From Owenia fusiformis (lineage: Eukaryota), in NCBI GenBank assembly GCA_903813345.2, contig CAIIXF020000001.1, positions 14,570,001 to 14,634,000 of the forward strand: a DNA stretch of 64,000 nucleotides. The letters are read 5' to 3'. A program made the position numbers and the translations under genes. The notes below the pieces were generated by a model, which saw only the letters and a program-made list of their open reading frames with translations, had not been told where the DNA came from and ran no database searches. Shown piece by piece: positions 24,497-37,689 of the stretch. Positions within the stretch are counted from its first letter, which is position 1, and the number at the start of each line of letters is the position of its first letter.

Positions 24497-25196
24497 GATG
24501 TTGACCTTGAAGTAAGCACGCATAGTACTATCAAGAAATGTGCCCTCCCATGCCGCGCCATAGTACGGATGTTGACCTTGGAGTTAGCATAGTACTATCA
24601 AGAAGTGTGATCTCCCATGCCGCGCCATAGTACGGATGTTGACCTTAGAGTTAGCACAGTACTATCAAGAAATGTGCCCTCCCATGCCATAGTAATAGAT
24701 GTTGACCTTGGAGTTAGCACAGTACTATCAAGAAATGTGCCCTCCCATGCCATAGTAATAGATGTTGACCTTGGAGTTAGCACAGTACTTTCAAGAAATG
24801 TGCCCTCCCATGCCATAGTAATAGATGTTGACCTTGGAGTTAGCACAGTACTTTCAAGAAATGTGCCCTCCCATGCCATAGTAATAGATGTTGACCTTGG
24901 AGTTAGCACAGTACTTTCAAGAAATGTGCCCTCCCATGCCATAGTACGGATGTTGACGTTGGAGTTAGCACAGTATTATCAAGAAGTGTGCCCTCCCATG
25001 CCATAGTACGGATGTTGACCTTGGAGTCAGCACAGTACTATCAAGAAGTGTGCCCTCTCATGCCATAGTACGGATGTTGACGTTGCAGTCAGCACAGTAC
25101 TATCAAGAAGTGTGCCCTCTCATGCCATAGTACGGATGTTGACGTTGGAGTTAGCACAGTAGTATCAAGAAGTGTACCCTCCCATGCCATAGTAAT
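24497..25196 (+). repeat. Minisatellite, 11 units of about 62-71 bp (core 63 bp), immediately after the stop codon
   Basis: GATGTTGACCTTGGAGTTAGCACAGTACTATCAAGAAATGTGCCCTCCCATGCCATAGTAATA. Unit starts at 24497, 24568, 24635, 24698, 24761, 24824, 24887, 24949, 25011, 25073, 25135. Confidence 0.95.
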
Positions 25197-26101
25197 GGAG
25201 GTCCTCCAAAATTATTCCTAAATGTATAATATTCAAAAGACGTGTATGACAACCGTCTCGCGTCTTCACGTTGTAAATCCTCGAATCCAGCAAATACTGT
25301 TAGAGCATCATAGGGTAAAAAACAAGATATGTGATGAGCATCGCATCGGGACGGTCTAATGGGTATGAGAAAACACTTAACTGCTGCTAAGTATCTTAGG
25401 ATATTAGTTGACTAGTATACGTTACTACAACGGATGAAATAAGTTGCTGCAATAGGAAATAGCGTGTAATATAGTACTAAATTATATATATTTTTATAAA
25501 TAACCATTGCATTTATTTTTGCAATTTTTCTTGTGATTTCTAATACGGGAAAATATTCATGGAGACATCTATTTAGGAAGCACATTTTGACGTCGTGCCC
25601 AAATGGAATTTTAATGAATATTCAAGAATATTCAATATTTTGCCAATCAAAATATAAATATTATTGTAACGAAAACATTGGCATGATTTATGTAGATTGT
25701 TTCCAACATTTTCTCTCTCTTCTATTCCTCAGAGTAAAATACACATCACTATTTTTATTCAAGACAGCCTTTATTCCTTCAGATTTAGTATTCTTAACTG
25801 CAGTCTATAAATGTAGAATCGAAAGCGCAGTATGTATACGGATCTGGAAGTCACCTCAGACTTAGGACTGGGCAGCTAGGCTATATATATGAATGGGACT
25901 TTTCTAGATCATTTAAACAGAGATTATTGGTACCTGCCAAATAGGAAGCATGCAGAATATTCAATATTCCAAACAATGCACACAATTTTATAGAATCATC
26001 GCTTAAGTATATAAATATGAATGGGTATTCATTGATGTCACAATTTTGTTCCATATGTTCTTTTTCTTGTTATTAATATATACAAGGCCTATAAATAATG
26101 A

Positions 26102-29100
26102 TCATTCGCAACCAGCTTCATTTGGCCAGTCACAAGTCAATAATTTTGGGCTGAAATGGAGTCCAGCGGGGCAGTTTTTGTGGTAAGCAACCTGTGTTGA
26201 GCAATGGAAGTAGCGCGAACAGTCTGCAGGGTCAGGGAATGTACCATACTCATCAGGACAGGTGAATCCTACAATACACAAAAAACATACTTGTGCAAGA
26301 CCAACTCAGTGTGTTTAGATATGTTTGAGCGGATGCTCATGATCACCCCGGAATAGCCTGACAACGGTAAAGTCAGATACCGTTGTCACAAATGGTGGAC
26401 ATAACCGTCGCTTCAATTAGATTTTCATGAACTGTATGTTTAATGGAGCACCTAGACTAAATTCCTTTGGAACAACAATCAATCAAAGTGTCTTTATACT
26501 CATTGTACAGTTAATAATGTTCTACAATCTAACCGATCAAAATGAGATACGGGACAACGGACACTATAATTACCATATGCCGTTGTCTTTCTAAATTACT
26601 CAATTTCAGATTCCGTTGTCATTGACGATATCGAAGACGCTATATTGTGCCGATTCACGACCCAATTTGATCGAAAATGGGATTTCATATGATACACTAT
26701 CACAAGAGCTTAATGCATGCACAGAATTAGCGACAATGAAATAGCATGAAATGAGGACCAAGTGATTAAGCAGTTGAAGTGACGGTTATGTCCGCCATTT
26801 GTGAGAACTGTATCTGACTTTACCGTAGTCAGGCTATTCCGGTGTGATGATAGATCATTTGATTTCTAAATACATCTTTTAATAATATTCATCAATTATC
26901 ATTTCTGTTGATCCAGGATATTAAACAGATTTTAACTTTATAGAGTTGTTTCCGAATGTTGCCCTTTATCGTTTCTCTGATGTAAACATACCATTTTCGC
27001 AACGCTGGCCGTGAAAACCAGGTTTGCAAGAACACAAGAAGCTGTCCTCTCCATTCTGGCACATGCCACCGTTCAAACAAGCTCCAGCAGCACAGTGGTC
27101 AATGACTACAAGAGAGCTCAATGGCGTCAAAATTGAAAGTATTGTGAAAATATCCCCATCAGTATGTTAGATGCATTATTGGACGAAACCTTGCTCATAG
27201 AGAGAAAAGTCTTGAACGACAGTATACCACCTATATAACCCTAGTAATTTTTCACTATCAAATTACTTTAATTGATGTATGGATGAGTAGTCAAAGAAGC
27301 CAGTGTACAGCAGGATTTTCTCAAAATGACCTGGGCGTTTTTTGAAATTGATAAAATTGATAATTTCTCTAAAAATAAAAAAGTACTTTCCACATTACGC
27401 TCATGTGCAATATGATGAAAGGGTGTCATTTAGAGAAAATCTGGTATATGAATTACATTGATGCATTCTATAAGTAGGCTAGATGAATAATAGAAAGAGA
27501 ATCTACCTGTGCTACAAATCTCTCCACCATAGCCGGGTCTACAAATGCACTGGAAGCTATCAAAACCACTTTTACAGATACCGCCATTTTGACATGGATT
27601 TGCCTTGCAGAAATCTACATCTGAAAAAATCATTTTAAATGGCAGTCTTAGATAGAGTGCAACTTATCAAATGTATTTTTGTCACATAATATTCCTTTTC
27701 ACTTGCATATTATCTTAAACTATTTCACTCATTTATTCAAAAGAAATGCAAATTTTCAAAAATGCACGTGTTTATTTTTCATCAGATGTGGATATTCACA
27801 TTTATGGTTCTGAAAACTTATATTAGGATTCGTTAGCCCTAAATAACAGCAAAATTCGGGATCATATCGTGAATTATCCTACACTTAGTGTACTAAATGT
27901 ATAATAACATTAAAAAATAAATTTGATATTTATGGGCAAAATGAATATCCGGAGGATATCGTGACGATATACTCCGGGCGGAGGATATCGTGACGATATA
28001 CTCCGGAAAACCCAATATGCGGAGGATATTGTGACGATATACTCCGCTTGTTGATTTCCCGCCAAATTGACTCTATTTGGCATGAAATTCATTTTGCAAT
28101 GATATTATACATTTAGTACACTCCTTGTAAGTGTAGGATAATAAGAACATCCTATGATTTTTTCAGAATATCATTTTAATCTACTCGGTGATATTGATAT
28201 ATGCACTCGTTCGCTTCGCTCTCTCGTGCAGATATCAATATCACCTCGTAGATAAAAATGATATTCCTCAAAATCATAGGATATCCTATAATTATCCTAC
28301 ACTTAGTGTACTAAATGTATAATAACATTAAAAAATAAAGTTGATATTTATGGGCAAAATGAATATCCGGAGGATATCGTCACGATCAGACACGATATAC
28401 TCCGGGCGGAGGATATCGTGACGATATACTCCGGAAAACCCAATATGCGGAGGATATTGTGACGATATACTCCGCTTGTTGATTTCCCGCCAAATTGACT
28501 CTATTTGGCATGAAATTCATTTTGCAATGATATTATACATTTAGTACACTCCTTGTAAGTGTAGGATAATAAGAACATCCTATGATTTTTTTCAGAATAT
28601 CATTTTAATCTACTCGGTGATATTGATATATGCACTCGTTCGCTTCGCTCTCTCGTGCAGATATCAATATCACCTCGTAGATAAAAATGATATTCCTCAA
28701 AATCATAGGATATCCTATAAATATTTTATTTAAGATGATATCAATGATTTCTTCAATTGCCATATCTTCCTTCGAACATTTTTGATTCGAGTCAATAAGG
28801 TGGGCTTACTGTAGTCACAATGAACCCCTTGGAATCCTGTAGGACATTCACATATAAAACCCTCGGGGTAGTTGCCGACCAGACACTTCCCGTCGTGCAG
28901 GCAAGGGAAGCTCATACACGGGTTGTATCCTAAAAGGCATCGTATTGATGACATACAATACAAGTATTTAATTACACTTGTCTATTAGTGAAAAATACAA
29001 TTACAAAAATGTTAATATAGTTTATTTCTGACAGATGTAACACAAATACAACTGATCTTGCGATGAAACAAATCACTTTACCAGACGAACAATAAATGAA

Positions 29101-32100
29101 AAAGCGTGGCCCAGTGGCATGCCATATAATATGGATATCAGTGTTGGCTTCCTGGTCATCTGAACCCCAAGACAACCCAGCCCTGTAAAACTCAACCCCA
29201 AGTCAAGTCAACCCCAAATTAACACAACCCTGTAAAACTCAACCCCAGTAAAACTCAACCCCTATATTTTTATATATTGATAAACTTATATTCCACATGA
29301 TATGAAAGTTTATTTCATAAAAGTACAATGTTTTACTGGGGTTGAGTTTTACAGGGTTGAGTTAACTTGGGGTTGAGTTTTACTGGGGTTGACTTGACTT
29401 GGGGTTGACTTGACTTGGGGTTGAGTTGGACTGGGTTAAGATGACTTGGGGTTGAGATGACCTGTCACCCAGTGTTGTACTACTTTAGAACCTTTAAATA
29501 CCATTAATGTGACAACTGAACAAGATTTTTTAGATTTCAAGATTTATTATCATCATTATCTATTTATTGTAAAGAAGATAAGAAAAGCACTTACTTGTCT
29601 CACATCGTTCTCCACGTAGGTCATCCGGGCATTTACAAACAAATCCACCGGTTTGCGTGTTGATACAAGAGCCGCCATTCAAGCATGGGTGATGATCACA
29701 AGGGAGAAGTTCTGGCGAAAAATATGGTTTACAAATGTAAATATAATTTAAGTAGGTTGACTTAAAAAACAATGAATGACACAATATCTTGATTTAACAT
29801 GCATTCATGGGAATACCCATAATGGGACACTTACGTATTTCACAGAGGGTTCCTCCATAATCACGTGGGCATGTGCACTTAAAGTCTTGCTCGCCAATTT
29901 CAACGCATTCCCCTTGGTTTTTGCAAGGCTTGGAGGCACATACACTCGTCTCTGCAATGAATAACATGATTAGAAATGGTCACATTTACTTGATACTCTG
30001 GGGCTATTCGAACGTGGATTTGTCAACGCTAGATTATTCGAATAAGGAGTACAGTACATCATGACAAGCATGTGTTACTTTAACCAGCCATGGACGCAAT
30101 AGACCAAGACAAGATGAATAAGGGTTATGTACTGGGAGGATTTGGATATTGGGTTTATCCAGAGGGAGATATGCATATCTACCTGAGGGACCGTAGGGAC
30201 CGAAGGTAGATGTGCATATCTCACGAGGGATGAACCCAATATCCAAACCGACCGTACATAACTGCTATATCCTATACCAAGTAGAGTTTTCAGTGAAATT
30301 ACCGGAAGCGGGAAGATATGCACCGAAGCGGGAAGATGTGCACCGAAGCGGGAGATGTGGCGGGAGATATGGAGGTTCTGGATATGGAAACCTCAAAATC
30401 AGGATACGGGATATATCTTACCAACTTATCTCCCTAAAACTCAACTTGGCATAGGATAAAAGTGGCATATATTGATAAGACCTCCATCAAGGAACCTGAG
30501 AATTGAGCGTTGACCTTTTAAAATACCTTGACCTATATATTTGTGAGCTTTGCCTGTAGGTCATGCCAAATTTGGTACCCGAGAACCCGGGCCCGAGAAT
30601 CACAGACTGCAGTCATGGCTGACGTGTATATATGACATACTTACTCGTCTGACATCTATCGCCTTCAAAGCCAGCTAAACAAGTACAGGTATATCCAACT
30701 GGGGTTTCTTGTGAATTGACACATTTTCCCCCGTTCTCACACGGCATAACTCCGCAGAAATCTTCCTCTGAAATAATATATCAAACTGTCAGTATTCTGA
30801 GTTTAGAAACAGACGTGGTAGAATTTTCACACACTGTGCACCGGAATAGAACCTTATTTATGGGTCCCTGTGTATATCAGGATCCTTCATACTAATTACG
30901 ATGGCACACAAGATGGTGGAGCTGCCAGTATTGCACCAACATATGAATATGTTTTTAGTTCAATATACAAGTCAAGGTAGTAATGCCAATAAAATGTAGC
31001 TTTTGGTCTATTATGCAATTAACAAACTGGTCCCAAAGGGTTATCTCTGTAAACCAATTTTATTTCCGCTTTCAAACACTTTTAAACAGTGAAGATGACA
31101 CCTTGTTTTATACCGCAGATCAAACTCGAAGTCACTACAATTTATGTTGATACAAAAATGTCAAGTTAATGTTTTAATCAACTGAACTTGTAAGTCAATA
31201 ATTAACTCAATATTTATGACTCTGTGTCAGATCGCCCTTAACTTACACAACAAGTTAAGAGCTCTCTCAACCGTGATTTCTGTTTCTAGGCAATTAAATA
31301 GAATTGCAACATCAAAGTCAGTACCAACTACTTGGAGGGTCAAACTTGTATTGTTGAAAAATCCTATCATAAACCATTAGTACGGTATCTTTTTTGAAAA
31401 CACTTACAATATGAGCTGTTATTTTCAAAAAATGATGCATTATTATATTGTCTTGTTAAAGCTAGAAAAATTCAGAAATTAATGGTATAAATCACATGAA
31501 GAACAGCATTTACTGTGACTAAAGTTCCATTAATCAATTTTTTTCTTGAAACATTTAATTTTTTATTTTCAAGACATAAGTTTCTGCATGGCCTTTCAAT
31601 AGAATGCCCATGGTTTCTGTTAGCAATGTTTTACCCTCCAAGCTATAGAGGAGGTGACCTCATCCCTCGAAGTAGTTAGTGATGGCAATTCTTTTTATGG
31701 CGAGACCATTTGAAAATATGGCATGTAAATGATACTGCAAGACTGGAGGGTGTGGCATATTGTGGAATAGACCATGGAATACATGTTATAATAATGAAAT
31801 ATGAAGGTACAAGGATATGGAATATTAAATATATGCCTGGTGTAGCTACGAGTCGTCCTCCAGCCCAATATCGTCATTGAATTGCACATCTACAAACAAT
31901 GGGACACTAATTTACTACATTGTCTTACTTGAACATGTAGCTGCAATGCCATCCCATTCTCCGGTTGATTGACACGTCCTTTTCTCTGATCCTTTCAAGT
32001 TGAAGCCTTTATTACATCCAAACGTCACCATATTGCCTACGAAGTTACCCGCCCCACTCTCAAGTTTGAAACCATTAACGGGAGATGGTGCCTCATTACA

Positions 32101-33889
32101 TTGAATACCTATGTTACAATAATTGAACAACGTGTAAAACATGACATTAACATACAGAATGTCACCACCTGCCATTTGTCAAAGACACCGAACGCCAGAC
32201 GCTGACCGCCACCAGCCGAAAACCATCTTCAAAAAGGTGGAGATGATAACATTATGTCACCACTTGTGGAGGTGACATAATAAAACGCAAAAAAATATTT
32301 GGCGGAGTTAATGAAGTGAGGGATGACAATCACATCAGAGTAATAACTTGTTAATGATGTGCATGCACATAATGGGCCAATAAAAATATTTCATCCGTTT
32401 CACAAGGAATGAATTTAGAAAAGTGACTTTACTGGCTCACCCTCTGCATGAACTTTTTATGTACAAACTACAGTTACGATTGTAAATCAAAAATTCTTAC
32501 GCTCTTCACATTTATCTCCTCTGAAGCCTTCGTTACAGGTGCAGATGAATCCTTGTTCCTGTTTCAAACAAGACCCTCCGTTTCCACACGGTTTACTGGC
32601 ACAATAGTCAATAGCTAGAGAAAAATCAAATAAAAACACGTACGTTTTTTATTCACTATTATGGATGGCAAGATAATAACAAGTATTCATATCTACATAA
32701 CATTTTCACTTTTTGTGTTAGTAATGGAACGTATGGTGGCCCTATTGCAATTAATGTAATGACTTCGAATAGAAATCCTTTTGAGATGGTTCAAAAGTGG
32801 GGCAGTTTCTATTTGCAATATATAGTAAATACGACATAAGTCTTTTTTAAAAATACCTTATGATCACCAAGCCCAACATGTACCCCTAAAAGTGAAAAAG
32901 ATAGAGAAGGAAGGGCATCTAGCTAGAGATTTGGAGCATTTACCTTCACAATTCGGACTGTTACCACTCCAAGACCCATCTCTCTCGCACGTTCTTACTC
33001 CTGGTCCGACCAGCTTAAAGCCAGGGTCACATAGGTACTTAGCCTTGGCGTTGATACCGATAGGGTCGGCATCGTACTCAATATCACCGGCATCTGGTGG
33101 ACGCAGTTTCCTGCACTCGACCGCTAGAAACAGAGTATACAATCGTGCAAGAGAATAGAGTACGTTATCATGGAATCCTCCGAAGATCGGAAAAATGAAC
33201 TGACTGCGTTTTTGATCCAAATAGTGTCATTTATGTAATCCAAATGGCCTCTACTTAAACTTCAACTATTCATAAAAAGGCTACCCAGACATCTGGACGA
33301 CTGCTTACTCACGTTTACATGTTGGAAAAGCATCTTTCCATTTGCCGTTCTCTCCGCATTCTATAACGTCTTGCCCATCAAGCTCAAAGCCATCCCCGCA
33401 TGAGAACTCTGCTTTGGCACCAGCTGTTGGTGCTCGAGGGCCGTTTACTTTGCCGTGTTCTGGATCTTTCAGGCTCGGTTGACAGGTTTTTGGCTCATTC
33501 TTTTTTTTGATTCCTGCTGGTTTCGCATCGCGATCAGCTTGAAAAATATGATAAATGGGTCTCTATCAAGGAACATTTCTCGGAGTCATAAGGCATGGCT
33601 AAAAATGCTGTTGCAGTTACTTTGTTGCGCCTCGTTAAGGTCATTGGTTATTTGAAGTCAATTTGAAATGACATACGAGTATGAACTGTAGTACTTACGT
33701 TTGCATATAGGTTGTGAACCAGTCCATGTTCGGTCAATCTGACAGACCCTTACTGGTGTGCCAATTAACTTATAACCATCCTTACACTCAAAGAAAACCA
33801 TGCCGTACATTTTGTCAGCATCTTTTCCAACCATCCGCCCACTGGCGGGAGCTGATATGGGTGGGCAGTGCTCATCAGTTTCGGCGCTC
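26102..33889 (-). CDS. Mosaic extracellular protein CCP-CCP-CCP-EGF-CCP-EGFx5-CBM14 (chitin-binding type 2); 5' exon(s) unresolved
   Basis: Exons: 33889-33699 CCP, 33537-33313 CCP, 33123-32944 CCP, 32614-32501 EGF, 32108-31929 CCP, 30767-30645 EGF, 29711-29595 EGF, 28929-28810 EGF, 27620-27507 EGF, 27105-26992 EGF, 26268-26102 CBM14 ([22 protein letters not shown]...[24 protein letters not shown]). All internal junctions are phase-1 GT-AG with canonical Cys spacing. Confidence 0.9.
26344..26846. mobile_element. MITE, 503 bp, CAC...GTG ends, TIRs of about 75 bp, 5-bp TSD ATGAT (Transib-like signature)
   Basis: CACCCCGGAATAGCCTGACAACGGTAAAGTCAGATAC pairs with GTATCTGACTTTACCGTAGTCAGGCTATTCCGGTGTG. 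ATGAT at 26339-26343 and 26847-26851. Confidence 0.88.
27873..28719 (+). mobile_element. Head-to-tail dimer of a roughly 420-bp Helitron/Helentron-like non-autonomous element
   Basis: Copies 27873-28290 and 28291-28719 are nearly identical. Each has an internal inverted repeat (ATCCTACACTTAGTGTACTAAATGTATAAT), CGGAGGATAT subrepeats and a strong terminal hairpin with a CTCGTTCGCTTCGCTCTCTCGTG core. Class assignment is inferred. Confidence 0.8.
29146..29469. mobile_element. MITE with GG...CC ends, inverted arrays of AACTCAACCCC and a 7-8 bp TSD CAGTGTT(G)
   Basis: Left TCAACCCC repeats mirror right GGGGTTGA repeats. CAGTGTT at 29139-29145 and 29470-29476. Merlin/MULE-like by inference. Confidence 0.75.
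30268..30457. repeat. Short inverted-repeat element with internal GCACCGAAGCGGGAAGAT tandem units
   Basis: TATCCTATACCAAGTAGAGTTTT pairs with AAAACTCAACTTGGCATAGGATA. Three to four units of about 20 bp lie at 30301-30370. Confidence 0.5.
32146..32282 (-). mobile_element. Short interspersed element (Helentron-like); inverted related copy at 48306-48436
   Basis: AATGTCACCACCTGCCATTTGT at 32158 is the reverse complement of ACAAATGGCAGGTGGTGACATT at 48406. The ATGTCACCACTT end is also shared. Confidence 0.55.
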
Positions 33890-34705
33890 CTTAAATAATT
33901 AAGAATAACTTCGTCAACACGAGGTTCATATACACTTGGTACAACTAACCCAATAATTTCAATGTTTATAGCATGATGTATGTACGAGTATGTATATGTC
34001 TGTGTGTATCATCATTACCCTCAATAAAAGCAATTTTTCATATTTTATGTAGTAATGTTGACTGCGACCCTTCCTTCTAACCTCAGACCCCCCTCTCCCC
34101 TATAATGTGCACTGTACAGACACACGCACTTCTGCATTAATAACAATTGCGGATGAATGGCTATAAATACAATAACAGACTAGATGTTAGTCGAAGCAAG
34201 GAATCGAACCCTGGACCACTTGGACTAATCGGACAGGGTTGTGGATTTCCATTTATCCAAACACAGAAAATAATTACACGTTTCTAGATAAAAGAAGGAT
34301 TGATTTTATTCTCCTCCATTTGATAATATTCAAGAATCATCCATGCCCTGTTCTAAGTAAACAGGTATTACCATTGCTTGCGTCACGTCACCACATTTTT
34401 CTCCCAATACGAGAAATTGTTTCCATAAAGGCTAAATACCCATTGGATATGCCATACAACCGAATATATGATATCAACTCCGATGCGATATGTTCCTGAT
34501 CTTCTCTCAGAACACCATTTACCTCGTATTACTTTGTATTTCATTAACTCAAATCGATAGGTAAAATAGAAGACTGTATCCAGATCACACTAAGACAAGC
34601 AGATTTGTTAAAATACCTCACCGCGTTATCCTAACTATCCAAAATAACTACTACGGATTACAGAAACCATGATTTATAAGAGAAAAATTTATAATAATCC
34701 ATATT

Positions 34706-35120
34706 TATAGGATATCCTATGATTTTGAGGAATATCATTTTTATCTACGAGGTGATATTGATATCTGCACGAGAGAGCGAAGCGAACGAGTGCATATATC
34801 AATATCACCGAGTAGATTAAAATGATATTCTGAAAAAAATCATAGGATGTTCTTATTATCCTACACTTACAAGGAGTGTACTGAATGTATAATATCATTG
34901 TAAAATTAATTCCATGCCAAATAGAGTCAATTTGGCGGGAAATCAACAAGCGGAGTATATCGTCACAATATCCTCCGCATATTGGGTTTTCCGGAGTATA
35001 TCGTCACGATATCCTCCGCCCGGAGTATATCGTTACGATATCCTCCGGATATTCATTTTGCCAATAAATATCAAATTTATTTTTTCATGTTATTATACAT
35101 TTAGTACACTAAGTGTAGGA
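34706..35120 (-). mobile_element. Third, inverted copy of the 27873-28290 element
   Basis: Reverse complement of 27873-28290 with few substitutions. The ORF track shows the same spurious peptide ([15 protein letters not shown]...) on opposite strands. Confidence 0.9.
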
Positions 35121-36084
35121 AAATATCATATATTGTGAAATCCTAATTTTTGTATCCAATCACGACTGTTATCCTATGTTGTATACCTGATGCTGACCCC
35201 CAATCCTAGTGCGAGTAGGGTATACCCCACCACACACCGCACAGCGAGACATCTCATATCCTTATTAAAATGTACCATCAAAGAAATCTTAAAGAATTTT
35301 CATGTATCATTTTTTGATAACGTGTATGATATTGTGGCAAAATATAACAATGGGTGTCGAGTGCTGTTAAATCGAGGTTGTATTTCAAATGTTCAAGAGT
35401 TTCAGTGACAGCACCTGACGTATTAAAACAGGACTTATGTTTGTCTTTGTGGACTTACTGAAGTTAAATGTTAACGAACTTGAAATGTTCAAGTGTTTTC
35501 TCTGTGTTTATTTTTGAGGACATGTTGCATATTTCGATTGTATTGTATTCAATTTGTTAAGTTTTATTGCCATATTTATGAGAAATTAAGTGCATTATTT
35601 TGGTATACGGTGACTTATTGATACTTTCATGACGAAATTAAAGTTTTCATGCAATCAAATCACAGAATAAAAAGTATTCAACATATTTTTTGAAACATTG
35701 TTTATTTATCATCACAAAGATGAATATCGCTGGAAAATATGATTGCGCAAGTTGCTTGGACGTACTATGCTCGGTATTGGATGAAATCATTTTCACAAAG
35801 AAAATGATTTATAATATTAATTTCCCTAAAGTCAAACTGATTAGAATAGCAGAATAGCATATCAGCATAACATTATTAACTATTTCTGATATAACCTATT
35901 CTGATATACCCTAGAGATAGTTTGCCTTACCTTTTAATGAAGTAAACCATGCTACAGTGACATGGTAGTTTAGCACAGATTCGATCAGAAGCACTCCCTA
36001 GTCTTGCTTCAAGACCCTGAACCCTCTCCCCTTATCTCAAAAACAGGTTGCTGCGTTGGTGAAGTACACGAGGTGGAGGGGTTA

Positions 36085-36390
36085 CACTGGCGGATTAGGC
36101 CCCCCCCTTGGGTGGGCCCAGAAAAAAAATTGGGCCCAAAATTAATTTTGGGCCAAAAAAGGCCTTCAGGCCCCAATAAGTGGGCCTTTTTGGTCATTAC
36201 TGGGCCTATTAAGGCCTTATTTTTTAATTTCAGGCCAAATTTTGAAGAAAATGGGCCGCAAAATTTCAAAATTTGGGCCCACTTTTGGGTTTTAGAGGCC
36301 CAAAATTTTTTGCCGCGCAAGCGCGGACGTTTTTTTCTCTGACTTGAAATTTGGGCCCCCCCCCCTTGTTGATTACCAGATCCGCCCCTG
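36085..36390. mobile_element. hAT5-like MITE rich in GGGCCC/GGCC motifs
   Basis: Ends CACTGGCGGAT / ATCCGCCCCTG, flanks GGTTA and GCTTA. Same family as 36704-36884, 41301-41420 (fragment) and 43984-44181. Confidence 0.75.
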
Positions 36391-36703
36391 GCTTAGAGGG
36401 GTTCATAGTCTCATAGTCTAGAACCCTCGGCCATAAAATTTGAAAACGGTCGATTTTCTGGTGTTAAATTGCGTGACAGAGTTAGATTTACCTTCTTCTT
36501 CTTGCACCACAAATAACATGTTTATAATGAATGATGTGCTTCAAAATTATTATCGAAAAATTGCTTAAATGTTCTTTACTGTGATTTTGAATGGAGTTAG
36601 GTTATTTACTTTACTTTCAATTATTTTGATGGATTGTAGTCGATTGTCAGAGATAATACACAGCGAGCCAAAATGGCGCCATGGCGCACCAAAAATAACC
36701 ATG

Positions 36704-36884
36704 CAGTGGCGGATCCGGGGGGAGGCCCCCCCCCCCCTAATTTGCGCCCAGGAAAAAAATTGGGCCAAAAAGGCCTTCAGGTTTTATGGGCCCAATTTTT
36801 TTTTCTGCGCAAGCGCGGAAGTTTTTTTTCTCTGACCGAAAATTTGGGCACCCCCCTTGTTGGTTCCTCATGGATCCGCCACTG
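36704..36884. mobile_element. hAT5-like MITE, 5-bp TSD CCATG
   Basis: CAGTGGCGGATCC...GGATCCGCCACTG. CCATG at 36699-36703 and 36885-36889. Confidence 0.85.
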
Positions 36885-37689
36885 CCATGTGACCCATTGT
36901 CATTGAGCTTGTAGTTTTATAACAAGTCACACTGGCGGATCTGGGGGGGGGGCTTGGGACGCGGCCACCCCACCTCAGTGGCGTAGCCAGCAATTGGTGA
37001 CCAGGGGTTCAATTTTTTATGTTATCCACAAACCTCCCCCTTCATTGGTGTACCTAACATAAAAGCATTTTTTGTATTTGTCATACATACAATTCATCCT
37101 TTCATTCACATGTTCATTCACAGATATGTCAAGTTCTGAAACATGCAATTCCCACGCTTTTAGCTGATTTTTGAAAAGATTCCAAATCAAAAGATTTTTA
37201 TTTGCTATTTCATTTTGTTATAGAGGAGGAGTTCATAATGAATTTCAAAAAGACCAAATTGAAAAAACAATATATCCACAGTCTGACAGTGCTCTGTGGG
37301 CTCTAACATTCTTTTCTTTTAAATTTTAATGCCTTGCAACAAAGAACAACTAATGCTGAAAAACCTATTTGTTCTTTCTTTGAATTGAGAATAAAAAATA
37401 AAACATTCCATTTTCTATCACCGTTCCGCTGGGTTTTTTTTTATCACAAATGACGAGAATCGTGAACATTTTGAGAAATGAAAAAAACAGTTTAGATGAA
37501 CTTGTAAATCATTATAAACTATAATTCGTTTTTGAGGAATGCTGTCAAATTCTTTTTAGATACACGATTTGAAACTTGTTCGAGGCTAATACACTCGTCT
37601 TTCTGGCAAATACACTCCCCTTCCGAAGTTTGGCAACCTTAGCCCCCCCCTTTACGTTTGAATTTTTATTTACATAACCTGCGAGGAAA

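Noticed and set aside
24497-25196. CRISPR array or repeat-protein CDS (ORFs 24598-24942 and 24617-25006)
   Set aside because: Units are contiguous with no unique spacers, there are no cas genes and the context is eukaryotic. The ORFs arise from a stop-free 63-bp unit and break where units become 62 bp.
34190-34240. tRNA gene on the minus strand (B-box-like GGTTCGATTCC)
   Set aside because: Only the T-loop motif is recognisable and no cloverleaf could be built. At most a SINE remnant.
36004-36906. ORFs of 67-112 aa rich in G/P/K/F
   Set aside because: Translations of GGGCCC- and A/T-tract-rich MITEs with TIRs and TSDs.
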